From Eledone cirrhosa (lineage: Eukaryota), in contig OZ024760.1 in the NCBI GenBank assembly GCA_964016885.1, positions 18,352,001 to 18,416,000 of the forward strand: a DNA stretch of 64,000 nt. The letters are read 5' to 3'. Made by a program: the position numbers and the translations under genes. Below the pieces are notes generated by a model. The model was given only the letters and a program-made list of their open reading frames with translations. It ran no database searches and was not told the DNA's origin. Below, piece after piece: positions 1 through 13,757 of the stretch (position 1 is the stretch's first letter; each line of letters opens with the position of its first letter).

Positions 1-17
1 ACACAACAGAACCCTCT

Positions 18-908
18 GTGTTCAGAGAACGTGAGGCCGCCTGTGAGACGTGGCACCGGCTGGGACTTAGCCCAGTAGACGTCCCTCCTCCTTCTTCCCC
101 TGTTGACGTCAAGTCCCCCCAACGCACTTGGGGTGCCATCAAATGCAGCCTGGCCTCAGACAGGCTCACGCGCCAGCTCGACCGCCCTGCTTGTTTTTGT
201 GCGGCCTCCAAACCCCACAGTGGTGCCTGGCTCCATGCTCTGCCCTCCTTCTCCACAGGCACGCAGCTAGACAACCATAGCCTGCGAATCGGCGTTTCCC
301 TGAGGCTCGGCCTCCGGATCTGCCAGCCACACCAATGTCGCTGCGGTTCCACTGTGGACCCTTTCGGCCTCCACCCGCTGTCCTGTCGCCACAGTGCCGG
401 CCGCATTCCACACCATACTGCCCTCAATGAAGTCATTAAGCATGGCTTGGACGCTGCAGGCTTCCCTTCCCAGCTCGAGCTGGTGGGGCTGGACCGAGGG
501 GACGGCAAAAGGCCAGATGGCATGACCATCTTCCCGTTCCGTGGTGGCAAACCCCTCGTCTGCGATGCCACTTGCACCGACACTTTCTGCAGCCGCAACC
601 TGGTGCAGTCTGCGACTGACCCAGGTTCTGCCGCACGTCGGGCTGAGGGGGCCAAACTCCTCAAATACCGGTCGCTCTCCGACAGGTTTGCGGTCATTCC
701 CCTAGCAGTGGAGACTTCTGGTGTCCTCGGCCCCAGGGCTACCTCCTTACTCACCACCATAGGCGCTGAGCTGGCCAGCCGCAGGTGTGAGCCCCGCGAG
801 TTGGAGTGGCTTTTCCAGCGCGTCTCCCTCGCCGTCCTCCGGGGAAACGCCTTCTCCATTCTGTCCGCCGGGGCTGTGGGTGGGCCCCATCGCGTACCAA
901 TACATTAG
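18..908 (+). mobile_element. C-terminal part of a CRE-clade-like (R2 superclade) non-LTR retrotransposon ORF: CCHC zinc knuckle plus restriction-like endonuclease; 5'-truncated by the window edge
   Basis: GC-rich ORF with CRCGSTVDPFGLHPLSC (CCHC), then HTALNEVI, GKRPDG..PF..GKPLVCDATCTDT and PLAVETSG..G, FQRVSLAVLRGNA, typical of REL-domain retroelements. Some usually conserved residues differ (RH>HH, VWD>VCD), suggesting decay. Confidence 0.85.
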
Positions 909-1095
909 TTAAATACCATTCTTTCATCACTACACACACAGTTCCAGTGTGTTTATAAAAACCTCTTAGAAACTACAGCTACACAATCAGTTTCATGTAT
1001 TGTTGGGGTTCATCAGGGTGACCCTTAGCTCAGTTTCATGTGGCATTAAGTAACTCAGAGTACAAGACTCACCCCTGGACATGTTGCTAGCCCAT

Positions 1096-1280
1096 TTGGC
1101 AGTATCGGTAGAACGTCAGACACCATGCTTTGCAGCATAGAATTATGGCCCTTTACATTCTGAGTTCAAATCCCGCCGAAGTTAACTTTGCCTTTCATCC
1201 TTACGGGGTCGATAAAATAAAGTACCAGTAATGCACTGGGGTAATTGCTGGCCTTGTGCCAAAAAGTAGAAACAATTATT
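1096..1280 (+). mobile_element. tRNA-derived SINE family A (Meta/MESC-like central domain)
   Basis: A box TGGCAGTATCGG, B box GAGTTCAAATCC, body ACTTTGCCTTTCATCCTTACGGGGTCGATAAAATAAAGTACCAG, tail AGTAGAAACAATTATT. More than 15 related copies in the window. Confidence 0.85.
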
Positions 1281-1495
1281 ACCACCAACTTAACCTCCCC
1301 GACCCCCCAGTTGCAGCTGGTACTGAGTGGGTTGGTGTAATATTAAATGAAATGCCTTGCTCAAGGAATCAATTCACTACCTGGATATAGAAACCATGAC
1401 CAAGGAGACATTACAGAATACCCTTCCCTCCACCCAAACAAAACATGGAAAAATAAGGGTTGGTATTTTATTGATCACAGGTGTAGTACGTCACG

Positions 1496-2391
1496 GGTTT
1501 GCCTAGGGTTAAACAACCACTGAGTATATTTTAAAAGGAAGAGAACTTCACCACAGCCATAGGTTGGGCCTAGGGTTAAACAGCCAGTGTGTATATCATA
1601 AAAGACAGAACTTCACTACAGCCATAGGTTGGCCTAGGGTTAAACAGCCAGTAAGACTGAGATCTTTACCACAGCTACAGGTTGGCCTAGGGTTAAACAG
1701 CCAGTAAGACTGAGATCTTTACCACAGCCACAGGTTGGCCTAGGGTTAATCAGCCAGTAAGACTGAGATCTTTACCACAGCTACAGGTTGGCCTAGGGTT
1801 AAACAGCCAGTAAGACTGAGATCTTTACCACAGCTACAGGTTGGCCTAGGGTTAAACAGCCAGTAAGACTGAGATCTTTACCACAGCTACAGGTTGGCCT
1901 AGGGTTAAACAGCCAGTAAGACTGAGATCTTTACCACAGCTACAGGTTGGCCTAGGGTTAAACAGCCAGTAAGACTGAGATCTTTACCACAGCTACAGGT
2001 TGGCCTAGGGTTAAACAGCCAGTAAGACTGAGATCTTTACCACAGCTACAGGTTGGCCTAGGGTTAAACAGCCAGTAAGACTGAGATCTTTACCACAGCT
2101 ACAGGTTGGCCTAGGGTTAAACAGCCAGTAAGACTGAGATCTTTACCACAGCTACAGGTTGGCCTAGGGTTAAACAGCCAGTAAGACTGAGATCTTTACC
2201 ACAGCTACAGGTTGGCCTAGGGTTAAACAGCCAGTAAGACTGAGATCTTTACCACAGCCACAGGTTGGCCTAGGGTTAAACAGCCAGTAAGACTGAGATC
2301 TTTACCACAGCCACAGGTTGGCCTAGGGTTAAACAGCCAGTAAGACTGAGATCTTTACCACAGCCACAGGTTGGCCTAGGGTTAAACAGCC
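1496..2391. repeat. 53-bp minisatellite (about 14 copies) preceded by two diverged units
   Basis: Unit GGTTGGCCTAGGGTTAAACAGCCAGTAAGACTGAGATCTTTACCACAGCTACA repeated from 1627 to 2391. Confidence 0.95.
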
Positions 2392-2880
2392 TGTGTGTGA
2401 AGGAAGAAAACTTCACCTCATTACATTTTCAACATCTTCCACAAAGATTGTGTTGTTTGTGTATTCACAGCCACCTGCTCCCTAACTCTCCACCCCACCT
2501 TTCCTTACCACCACCATCATCATCATCCTCACCACCACCACCACCACCACCATATTCACCACCACCACCACCACCATCATCATCATCATCCTCACCACCA
2601 CCATCTCCACCAACACCACCACCACCACCACCACGAACGCCACCATATTCACCACCACCACCACCACCACCACCACCATCATCATCACCATGAGCCACAC
2701 AGAGGGTGGGGGAGCTACATAAACAGTTAATGACACATAATATAGTATTTTATATCCAGCCTGTTTAGCATAAATTTGGTGAGATCTTCAGATTAATTCT
2801 GGCCTCGTGCCAATACAAGAAACATCTAGTATTTCTTACAATATTTCTTTAATATTATTATTATAATTATTATTATTATT

Positions 2881-3190
2881 GGGCGGTGAATTGGCAGTAT
2901 GGGTAGAGGGTCGGACGCCATGCTTTGACGCATAGAGTTACGGCCCTTGCCATTCTGAGTTCAAATCCCGCCGAGGTTGACTTTGCCTTTCATCCTTACG
3001 GGGTCGATAAAATAAAGTACCAGTAATACACTGGGATAATTGCTGGCCTTGTGCCAAAAGTAGAAACAATTATTATAAGTAGTAGTAGTAGGATCGGTAG
3101 AGAATCAGACGCCATGCTTTGCAGTATAGAGTTACGGCCCTTTACATTCTGAGTTCAAATCCCACCAAAGTTAGCTTTGCCTTTCATCTG
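2881..3190 (+). mobile_element. SINE family A, one full copy plus an adjacent partial copy
   Basis: GGGCGGTGAATTGGCAGTAT head, B box, same body and (ATT)n tail. Confidence 0.85.
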
Positions 3191-3339
3191 TGAGTCTCAG
3201 CAATTTGAGGTCAGCTCTCACAACCTCTGCTCAGGTTTTTCTAGGTCTACCTCAACCACTTGCTTCTTTCCACTAGGAAGGATTTCCTGGCACTACAATG
3301 CTATCAATGTACTGTTGATATTATTTAAAATGAAAACCA

Positions 3340-3492
3340 TGGGCAGAGGTGGTGAGAGCAGACCTCAGATCGCTGAAGCTCATGGTGGAGATGACGAAGG
3401 ACCGTGACGAGTGGAGAGATGCTGTGCTGAATAATAGGACCCGTCCCACCCTTGCAAGCAGGGAAAATCAGATGTAAAATGATGATGATGAT
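3340..3492 (+). mobile_element. RTE-clade LINE 3' end
   Basis: Encodes a WAEVVRADLRSLKL..EMTKDRDEWRDAVL-like C-terminus, then CCGTCCCACCCTTGCAAGCAGGGAAAA and a (TGA)n tail. Confidence 0.75.
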
Positions 3493-3499
3493 GTCGTTT

Positions 3500-3877
3500 G
3501 TGCCACATTTGGAGTCCCCTTCAAAAGATCTGATGTTTTTACATTTTTTCACGCTCAGAGTTGCTGAAGCATGGAACAAACTACCTGCATCGGTTGTTAG
3601 CTGTAGAGACACTGCATCCTTTAAGGCCTCCATGGAACAAACTACCTGCATCGGTTGTTAGCTGTCGAGACACTGCATCCTTTAAGGCCTCCATGCTTCC
3701 CGAGATCTGCCAACACTACAGCTAATGTTCCCTCTCTATACACATACCCACATGTATACCATGACTCATACACTGTTCACTTCCCTGACATTTGTGTATT
3801 ATTCTATGTACTATACATACACCTTTGACGAGTTGTAGTGCACCTGAGCACTTTACACAATAATTTCATTATTATTA
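3500..3877 (+). mobile_element. CR1-like LINE 3' fragment with an internal short duplication
   Basis: FFTLRVAEAWNKLPASVVSCRDTASFKASM resembles the CR1 ORF2 C-terminal motif. Followed by a 3'UTR and (ATT)n tail. Confidence 0.7.
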
Positions 3878-4611
3878 TCATCATCGTTTAACGTCTATCT
3901 TCCACGCTAGCATGGGTTAGACGGGAATTGTCCCACTTGAGGCAAGATTGGTTGGGTGACTGTCACTGCCACCACCTTCACCACTGCCACCACCATCAGG
4001 AACGATCGACTCTCGTCAAATCGGACCGAGGAAACAATGTTTCCATTGGTCTTTCCAGTTTCTAATACTATCTATCGGTCACAACTCCAGGTAGAAGGAG
4101 CTACGTGAAATAAAGTGTCTTGCTCAAGGACATAACGCATCGCCCGGTCCAGGAATCGAACTCACAATCTCACGATTGCAAATCCAATTCTCTAACCACT
4201 CAGCCACATGCTTTCACCATGCAACCACCATATATACATATATATCATCATCATCATCATCAACGTTTAACGTCCGTGTTCCACGCTTGCATGGGTTTGG
4301 ACGGGAGTTTTCCCACTTGAGGCAAGAGTGATTGTCTTGCTCGCATAGGACTGTCTGGCGGGTTTTCTACAGCTGGATGCCCTTCCTAACACCAACCACA
4401 TTTACAGTGTGGGGCTGGGAGGTTTTTACCGTGTTGCCTACACGGCCACATTACAGTGTGGACTGTCTATACATATATATATAGAGAGAGGATGTCCCCT
4501 AAAAATGTATACACATATTTATTAGAATGCTGTTGAAATGTGTATAGTATATATATACACAGGGTATCCCCTGTATATATATATATATATATATACACAG
4601 GGTGTCCCCTG

Positions 4612-4642
<31 letters not shown>

Positions 4643-4687
4643 GGAATAGAATGAAACGAAATTTCATTTCTCACTCTTAGTACGGCA

Positions 4688-4766
<79 letters not shown>

Positions 4767-5013
4767 TATATACTATATATATATATAGTGTATATACTAT
4801 ATATATATATAGTGTATATACTATATATATATATAGTGTATATACTATATATAGTATATATAGTGTATATACTATATATACTATATATATATATATACAG
4901 GGTGTCCCCTGTGTATATATATATATATATATATATAGTGTATATACTATATATAGTATATATAGTGTATATACTATATATACTATATATATATATACAG
5001 GGTGTCCCCTGTG

Positions 5014-5052
<39 letters not shown>

Positions 5053-5344
5053 TATACCTCCCATACCACAAAAACCCTTATTCAGGGAAATAACAGTCCA
5101 ATGTTCCAGTATCATTTCTACCAACCAGCCCCTACCCTCACGCCCCACCCCTTGGTATCGTGGGTGGGAGGTAATATAGGGCACATTGTTTTATTGCTCT
5201 GATTCCTTATACATATATTATATACATATATGTATGTGTGTATATGTATATATACTTCTGTGTGTGTGTATACATATATGTACACACATTTGCACTTTGT
5301 GTGTATATATATATATGTGTGATATGTATATATATATATATGTG

Positions 5345-5377
<33 letters not shown>

Positions 5378-6131
5378 ATATATATATGTGTGTATGCATA
5401 TATATGTGTGTGTGTGTGTATATGTATGTACATATGTATATATATATGTGTATATACACACACACAACACACTAGCATGACCCTGTGTCTAGTTCCTGTA
5501 ACTGGTAACCCCACCACCACCACCACCATCACAACCCCCACCACTACCCCATCACCACACACCACCACCCTTACACCACATCGCCCCCTCTATCACCACT
5601 ACCCCACCACCATCTACCACCCACCCACCACCACCACCCCACCACCATCTACCACCATTACTCCCACCACTACCACTACCCTCCACCCCCCCCATCACCC
5701 ACCACCTCTACTAAAGTGTTCCCATTTCCTGAATGAAGTCAACAGAGATATTTTAAAGTAAGGAACAGCTTTTTATTTTTTTAATGTCCCCTATTTATAG
5801 ACTAGCTTTTATCTAACCCCATATTTCCCCTTCTGTTCCTTTCAGTTATGGAAGTCCCCACCTTTCACCCCTGCTCTCCCCCTCTTCTATCTGCCCTTAA
5901 CTACCTTTCTCTGTAAAAGCTGATGGTGAGGAATGGTGGGGTTTATTTCTTAAGATGTCATTTAGATTTCTAAGAAATTTTTTTTTTTTAACTCAAGAAA
6001 GAATGAGAGAGAGAAAGAGAGATATAAGGAGAGAGAGTGTGTGTGTGTGTGAAAGAGATAGGGGGGTGAGTGAGAGAAAAAGAGAAAGAGTGGGAATGAG
6101 TGAGAGATATAGATGGAGAGAGTGAGTGAGT

Positions 6132-6171
<40 letters not shown>

Positions 6172-6590
6172 GAGTGAGAGAGAGAGAGAAAGAGTGGGAA
6201 TGAGTGAGAGATTGAGATGGAGAGGGAGCGAGAGAGATAGGGGGGTGAGAGAGAGATTTAGACAAACAACACTGAAAATGAAAATCTGGTGAAATGATTG
6301 TGTTGTGTGATGTATGTGATGGGTTATTGTGTGGATACATGTGTGGTAAGGAACCAGATGGTCCAGAAATAGCCGTGGAAACGGCTTGAGCTCTGCCGTC
6401 GGGGTCTTGAACATTTTCCTATATATATATACATATATATATATATTGTTATACTTTGGGATGGTCATGTTGCCAATAAGAAACACACGCACCAGTTGCT
6501 TTCACTTCAATTTATTATAATAAATTTATAATAAATTTATAAATTTATAAATTTCTGGTTGGTTCCACAACCAGATAGTTGTTTATATAT

Positions 6591-6635
6591 AGTCATAGTT
6601 CTTTCGTCACACACCCTGTGACCTCTTCAGTGACT
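6591..6635 (-). ncRNA. Minimal type I hammerhead ribozyme (PLE-type)
   Basis: Minus strand AGTCA-CTGAAGA-G-GTCACA(GGGTG)TGTGAC-GAAA-G(AA)C-TA/TGACT: 5-bp helix I, 6-bp helix II, minimal helix III, CUA cleavage triplet. Confidence 0.8.
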
Positions 6636-6714
6636 GGGGATTCCTTTCTTTGTTTCTGTGCCTCTCCTTTGTTCTGTCCTATGCCATTTTGTTTCTCTTG
6701 AGAGGTGTAATTGG

Positions 6715-6998
6715 GTAAGGTCCACAGAAAATTTTCAATAGCAAATTCTTTTTTGATCCATGCATTTCACTTAAAGTGCTGTTCTTATTCTTCACATAAG
6801 TACAACTTCAGCTGTTTATTTGTGTAGATTTTTAGGTACTGCGACATGATAATAGCATTTTCTATTTCATTGAAACAAAACATCTACTGCTGCTTATAAG
6901 TAGCAGTTCTATTACAAAAGATTTAAAAGTTTAGGTGGTCCACAGGAAAATATTACTTATTTTGGTGTCCACAGTGAAAAAAAGGTTGAGAACCCCTG
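6715..6998. mobile_element. hAT-like non-autonomous element end
   Basis: Ends in AGGTTGAGAACCCCTG (hAT-type TIR) with repeated subterminal GTCCACAG motifs. The other TIR was not found. Confidence 0.55.
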
Positions 6999-7626
6999 CT
7001 CTATATTATCATATCACTGTAGGTAAACTGTAATAGCTACCTTTGGAAGGACTTTGAAAATATGTAGATATCTGCTGAGTCACAGCTGACCTAGGGCTAA
7101 ACAACAACAACAACTTGATCTTACTCATCATATTTGTTACTGATATAATCTTTGATGACAACTCTATGATAATGGTGGTGGAGGATTGGAGTGGGTGGGC
7201 CAAGGAGGGGAGATGGTGAGGAAGGGTGGGGTGGATGGCAAGGTGTGGAGGTGAAGGGTGGGGGAAGGGGAGAAGGTGATGTGGGGTGGAGAGGGGGGAA
7301 GGGGAGGAAGAGTGGGGGGTGGAGAGGGGAGAAGGTGAGGAAGAGTGGGGGGTGACTAGGAGGGAAGGTGAGGAAGGAAAAGGTGAGGGAGGCAAGGAGG
7401 GGAGAAGATGACAAAGGAAGGGGTGGGGTGGCTAAGGAGTAGGATAGAAAGGGGGTATTGTTAATGTTATTAAATATTTTGAAAGGGATCAACTAACGAC
7501 TTCATTAAGTCCCTTAATTGACATAGAATAATTTTCTTTCAGTTTATTATTATTTAAAGAAAATTGCAACCTGGGTATAATTCTTTCTGTTCCCCCCCCC
7601 CCCACCACCTCATCACCAACTCCCCT

Positions 7627-7705
<79 letters not shown>

Positions 7706-8242
7706 CTGTCTCTTGTTTACCAATCATATACCACCACCACTACACCTACCACCACACCACCACCTACTACCACACCACCACTACACCACCACTCACTACA
7801 CCACCTACTACCACACTACCACTACACCACCACCACCACTCACCACTCACTACGAAACCACTACCTACCACCACCACCTACCACCACCTACTACCACACC
7901 ACCACCTACTACCACACCACCACCTACTACCACACCACCACTACACCACCTACCACCACTACACCACCTACCACCACTACACCACCTACTACCACACCAC
8001 CACCACACCACCACTCACTACGAAACCACCACCACCACCTACTACCACCTACCACCACACCACCACCACCACTCACTACACCACCACCACACCACCACCT
8101 ACTACCACACCATCACCACCACACCACCACCACTCACTACGAAACCACTACACCACCACCACCTACCACCACACCACCACCACTCACTACGGAACCACTA
8201 CACCACCACCACCACCACTACACCACCATCTACCACCACACC

Positions 8243-10421
8243 ACACCTCTTTCTGTTCAAACCGGCTGTAACTGGCCACTCATACTGATGTTAAGCTATC
8301 ATAGATTCGATATTATGTGAGGTAAAGCCTTTACCATAAAAATATAATAGTATATATAGAGTAATGTAAATATAATAGTATATATAGAGTAATGTAAATA
8401 TAATAGTATATATAGAGTAATGTAAATATAATAGTATATATAGAGTAATGTAAATATAATAGTATATATAGAGTAATGTAAATATAATAGTATATATAGA
8501 GTAATGTAAATATAATAGTATATATAGAGTAGTGTAAATATAATAGTATATATAGAGTAGTGTAAATATAATAGTATATATAGAGTAGTGTAAATATAAT
8601 AGTATATATAGAGTAGTGTAAATATAATAGTAAATATAGAGTAATGTAAATATAATAGTATATATAGAGTAATGTAAATATAATAGTATATATAGAGTAG
8701 TGTAAATATAATAGTATATATAGAGTAGTGTAAATATAATAGTATATATAGAGTAATGTAAATATAATAGTATATATAGAGTAATGTAAATATAATAGTA
8801 TATATAGAGTAGTGTAAATATAATAGTATATATAGAGTAATGTAAATATAATAGTATATATAGAGTAGTGTAAATATAATAGTATATATAGAGTAGTGTA
8901 AATATAATAGTATATATAGAGTAATGTAAATATAATAGTATATATAGAGTAATGTAAATATAATAGTATATATAGAGTAATGTAAATATAATAGTATATA
9001 TAGAGTAATGTAAATATAATAGTATATATAGAGTAGTGTAAATATAATAGTATATATAGAGTAGTGTAAATATAATAGTATATATAGAGAAGTGTAAATT
9101 TAATAGTATATATAGAGTAGTGTAAATATAATAGTATATATAGAGTAATGTAAATATAATAGTATATATAGAGTAGTGTAAATATAATAGTATATATAGA
9201 GTAGTGTAAATATAATAGTATATATAGAGTAATGTAAATATAATAGTATATATAGAGTAGTGTAAATATAATAGTATATATAGAGTAGTGTAAATATAAT
9301 AGTATATATAGAGTAATGTAAATATAATAGTATATATAGAGTAATGTAAATATAATAGTATATATAGAGTAGTGTAAATATAATAGTATATATAGAGTAG
9401 TGTAAATATAATAGTATATATAGAGTAGTGTAAATATAATAGTATATATAGAGTAGTGTAAATATAATAGTATATATAGAGTAGTGTAAATATAATAGTA
9501 TATATAGAGTAATGTAAATATAATAGTATATATAGAGTAATGTAAATATAATAGTATATATAGAGTAATGTAAATATAATAGTATATATAGAGTAGTGTA
9601 AATATAATAGTATATATAGAGTAGTGTAAATATAATAGTATATATAGAGTAGTGTAAATATAATAGTATATATAGAGTAGTGTAAATATAATAGTATATA
9701 TAGAGTAATGTAAATATAATAGTATATATAGAGTAGTGTAAATATAATAGTATATATAGAGTAGTGTAAATATAATAGTATATATAGAGTAATGTAAATA
9801 TAATAGTATATTTAGAGTAGTGTAAATATAATAGTATATATAGAGTAGTGTAAATATAATAGTATATATAGAGTAGTGTAAATATAATAGTATATATAGA
9901 GTAATGTAAATATAATGGTATATATAGAGTAATGTAAATATAATAGTATATATAGAGTAATGTAAATATAATAGTATATATAGAGTAATGTAAATATAAT
10001 AGTATATATAGAGTAATGTAAATATAATAGTATATATAGAGTAATGTAAATATAATAGTATATATAGAGTAATGTAAATATAATAGAATATATAGAGTAG
10101 TGTAAATATAATAGTATATATAGAGTAGTGTAAATATAATAGTATATATAGAGTAGTGTAAATATAATAGTATATATAGAGTAGTGTAAATATAATAGTA
10201 TATATAGAGTAGTGTAAATATAATAGTATATATAGAGTAATGTAAATATAATAGTATATATAGAGTAATGTAAATATAATAGTATATATAGAGTAGTGTA
10301 AATATAATAGTATATATAGAGTAGTGTAAATATAATAGTATATATAGAGTAGTGTAAATATAATAGTATATATAGAGTAGTGTAAATATAATAGTATATA
10401 TAGAGTAATGTAAAGGGTTAA
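8243..10421 (+). repeat. 28-bp AT-rich satellite (about 74 copies) expanded inside a piggyBac-like MITE
   Basis: Unit AATATAATAGTATATATAGAGTA(A/G)TGTA from 8341 to about 10412. Preceded by MITE body and followed by the AAAGGG-TTAA terminus. Confidence 0.9.
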
Positions 10422-10577
10422 AATGGGTGGTTTTATTTCATAGGACCAGTGAAGGGTTTTGGCTGGGTTGGTAACTAAAGACTTTTAAAACACTCTTGAG
10501 GTGACAAATGTTGCAGGAAGGATAAAAGACACTCTCTCTCTCACTCTATCTCTCTCTCACTCTCACTCTCACTCTCA

Positions 10578-10633
<56 letters not shown>

Positions 10634-10874
10634 CCCTCCACCACTTCCATAGAATAATTGGGGTGGCGTAGGAGCAACAAAAAAAAAAAACCCAAATGGT
10701 TACCTAACCTGATTCTGACCTTATTTGACCTCTCACTGGGATCAGACTGTCTTGCACTCTGTGAGCAACGACAACAACAACAAGAATAAGTAGAAGGACA
10801 AGAACATGAAATAAGAAGTTCTGTAAAATAATTGCTGGTTATCCCTGGTGGCTTCTCTCTATCTATCTATCTTT

Positions 10875-10908
<34 letters not shown>

Positions 10909-10947
10909 CTCTTTCTCTCTCTATCTATCTCTTTCTCTCTCTATCTA

Positions 10948-10994
<47 letters not shown>

Positions 10995-11014
10995 CTACCT
11001 ACCTACCTACCTAC

Positions 11015-11088
<74 letters not shown>

Positions 11089-11143
11089 CTCTCTCTAACT
11101 ATCTCTCTATCTCTCTCACTATCTACCTATCTATATATCTGTA

Positions 11144-11174
<31 letters not shown>

Positions 11175-11225
11175 CTCTCTCTCTCTAACTATCTCTCTCT
11201 CTCTCACTATCTCTCTCTCTCACTA

Positions 11226-11258
<33 letters not shown>

Positions 11259-12337
11259 CTCACTATCTCTCTCTCTCTCATTCCACCACCACATCCCCCC
11301 TCACCCTTTCTTCCTTAACGATACCCTTAATGACACCAACACTAGGACAATGACACCACCACTGACACCACTACCACTACAGTACTACACCACCAACAGT
11401 ACCACCACCCTACTACTACAGTACTACAACACCAACACTACCACCACGCTACTACTACTACCACTACTACTACAGTACTACAACATCAACACTACCACCA
11501 CGCTACTACTACTACCACTACTACTACAGTACTACAACATCAACACTACCACCACGCTACTACTACTACCACTACTACTACAGTACTACAACATCAACAC
11601 TACCACCACGCTACTACCACTACTACTACCACCACTACTACCCAAATCATTCTGCTTCTCTAGCAAAGAATTCCAATCATTTTCACTTTCAACTGGAGAA
11701 TGTATTAAATATTGTGGCAGATGGGGGGGGGGGGGGGGGGGGGTTGAAGGTGGTGGTATGTTGAGGGTGGTGGTGTGTTGGGGGGGTCTTGGATTAGTTC
11801 TTCCTCCTTCACCCTACACCACACCATACCATCCATACACCAGCCATACACCCTGTCAGCTGTTTAACAAACACACAAGTCCTCCAATATCCGACATCCA
11901 CCATCCACCCCACTATTTTTCCTCCTCCACCCTGGACCTCAATGACACAATCTCTCTCTTTTTTTTACTGTTGAAATTTTAGGTTATAAATCTTTTGATT
12001 TAGTTTAGCTAAAGACCCTCACCGCCTCCATCTTAACCCCAAATACCACCTTCCACCCCCTACCTTCCACCCCCTACCCTGTCAGCTGTTTACCAGAAAA
12101 GTCCTCTGACCTTACCACCACAACTACCACCAACACCACTACAACCACCACCACCACCACTACTTCCACCACTTCCATCACCACCACCAGCACCACCACC
12201 ACCACCATCTACCAGGTCCTCTATAATATAGTATCTTTCTTTACTGTTGAAATTTTAGCTTGTATAGCTTAAGGGTATAATTACACTGGTGTAGGAGAGA
12301 GAGAGAGAGAGAAGAGAGACAAGAGAAAGTGGTGATT

Positions 12338-13500
12338 GTAAGTCTGTTGTGTTTGTAGGTCTGTTGTGTTTGTAGGTCTGTTGTGTTTGTAGGTCTATGG
12401 TGTTTGTAGGTCTGTAGTGTTTGTAGGTCTGTAGTGTTTGTAGGTCTGTTGTGTTTGTAGGTCTGTAGTGTTTGTAGGTCTGTTGTGTTTGTAGGTCTGT
12501 TGTGTTTGTAGGTCTGTAGTGTTTGTAGGTCTGTTGTGTTTGTAGGTCTGTTGTGTTTGTAGGTCTGTAGTGTTTGTAGGTCTGTAGTGTTTGTAGGTCT
12601 GTAGTGTTTGTAGGTCTGTAGTGTTTGTAGGTCTGTTGTGTTTGTAGGTCTGTTGTGTTTGTAGGTCTGTAGTGTTTGTAGGTCTGTAGTGTTTGTAGGT
12701 CTGTAGTGTTTGTAGGTCTGTAGTGTTTGTAGGTCTGTAGTGTTTGTAGGTCTGTTGTGTTTGTAGGTCTGTAGTGTTTGTAGGTCTATGGTGTTTGTAG
12801 GTCTGTTGTGTTTGTAGGTCTGTTGTGTTTGTAGGTCTGTAGTGTTTGTAGGTCTGTTGTGTTTGTAGGTCTGTTGTGTTTGTAGGTCTATGGTGTTTGT
12901 AGGTCTGTTGTGTTTGTAGGTCTGTTGTGTTTGTAGGTCTGTAGTGTTTGTAGGTCTATGGTGTTTGTAGGTCTGTTGTGTTTGTAGGTCTGTAGTGTTT
13001 GTAGGTCTGTAGTGTTTGTAGGTCTGTAGGACGATACTGGATGCACTGCGGAAGAACTGGCAAACGCTATGAGAGACAAAGATGGATGGAGGAAACGTGT
13101 CGTAGAAGGCCGAGCAAGCTCGACCTGATGATGATGATGATGAGTGTTTGTGGGTCTGTGGTGTTTGTGAGTCAGTAGTGTTTGTGGGTCTGTGGTGTTT
13201 GTGGGTCTGTGGTGTTTGTAGGTCTATGGTGTTTGTGGGTCTGTGGTGTTTGTGGGTCTGTGGTGTTTGTAGGTCTATGGTGTTTGTGGGTCTGTGGTGT
13301 TTGTGGGTCTGTGGTGTTTGTAGGTCTATGGTGTTTGTGGGTCTGTGGTGTTTGTGGGTCTGTGGTGTTTGTAGGTCTATGGTGTTTGTGGGTCTGTGGT
13401 GTTTGTAGGTCTATGGTGTTTGTGGGTCTGTGGTGTTTGTGAGTCAGTAGTGTTTGTGGTGTCTCTGATATTTGTGGGGCTGTGATGTTTCTGGGTTTGA
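12338..13500. repeat. 17-bp minisatellite interrupted by a LINE tail
   Basis: TGTAGGTCTGT(A/T)GTGTT units on the left, TGTGGGTCTGTGGTGTT variants on the right. Confidence 0.9.
13030..13143 (+). mobile_element. 5'-truncated RTE-like LINE 3' end
   Basis: Translates DDTGCTAEELANAMRDKDGWRKRVVEGRASST* with the stop running directly into (TGA)n. Confidence 0.7.
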
Positions 13501-13564
13501 ACAGACCACGACAACTTGTCAAACCCATGCCAAGAAATAAAACGTGAAGGTAAAATAATAATGA

Positions 13565-13757
13565 TAATTGTTTCTATTTTTGGCACAAGGCCAGCAATTA
13601 TCCCAGTGCATTACTGGTACTTTATTTTATCGACCCCGTAAGGATGAAAGGCAAAGTTAACCTCAGCGGGATTTGAACTCAGAATGGCAAGGGCCGTAAC
13701 TCTATGCGTCAAAGCATGCCATCCGACCCTCTACCAATACTGCCAATCCACAGCCCT
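13565..13757 (-). mobile_element. SINE family A
   Basis: Reverse complement of the family A head, body and tail. Confidence 0.85.

Noticed and set aside
975-1025. Minus-strand CTGATGA...GAAA motif
   Set aside because: No convincing helix I or helix II, and no valid cleavage triplet.
1635-2385. TAGGGTT as telomeric repeat
   Set aside because: Only one isolated motif per 53-bp unit, not a (TTAGGG)n array.
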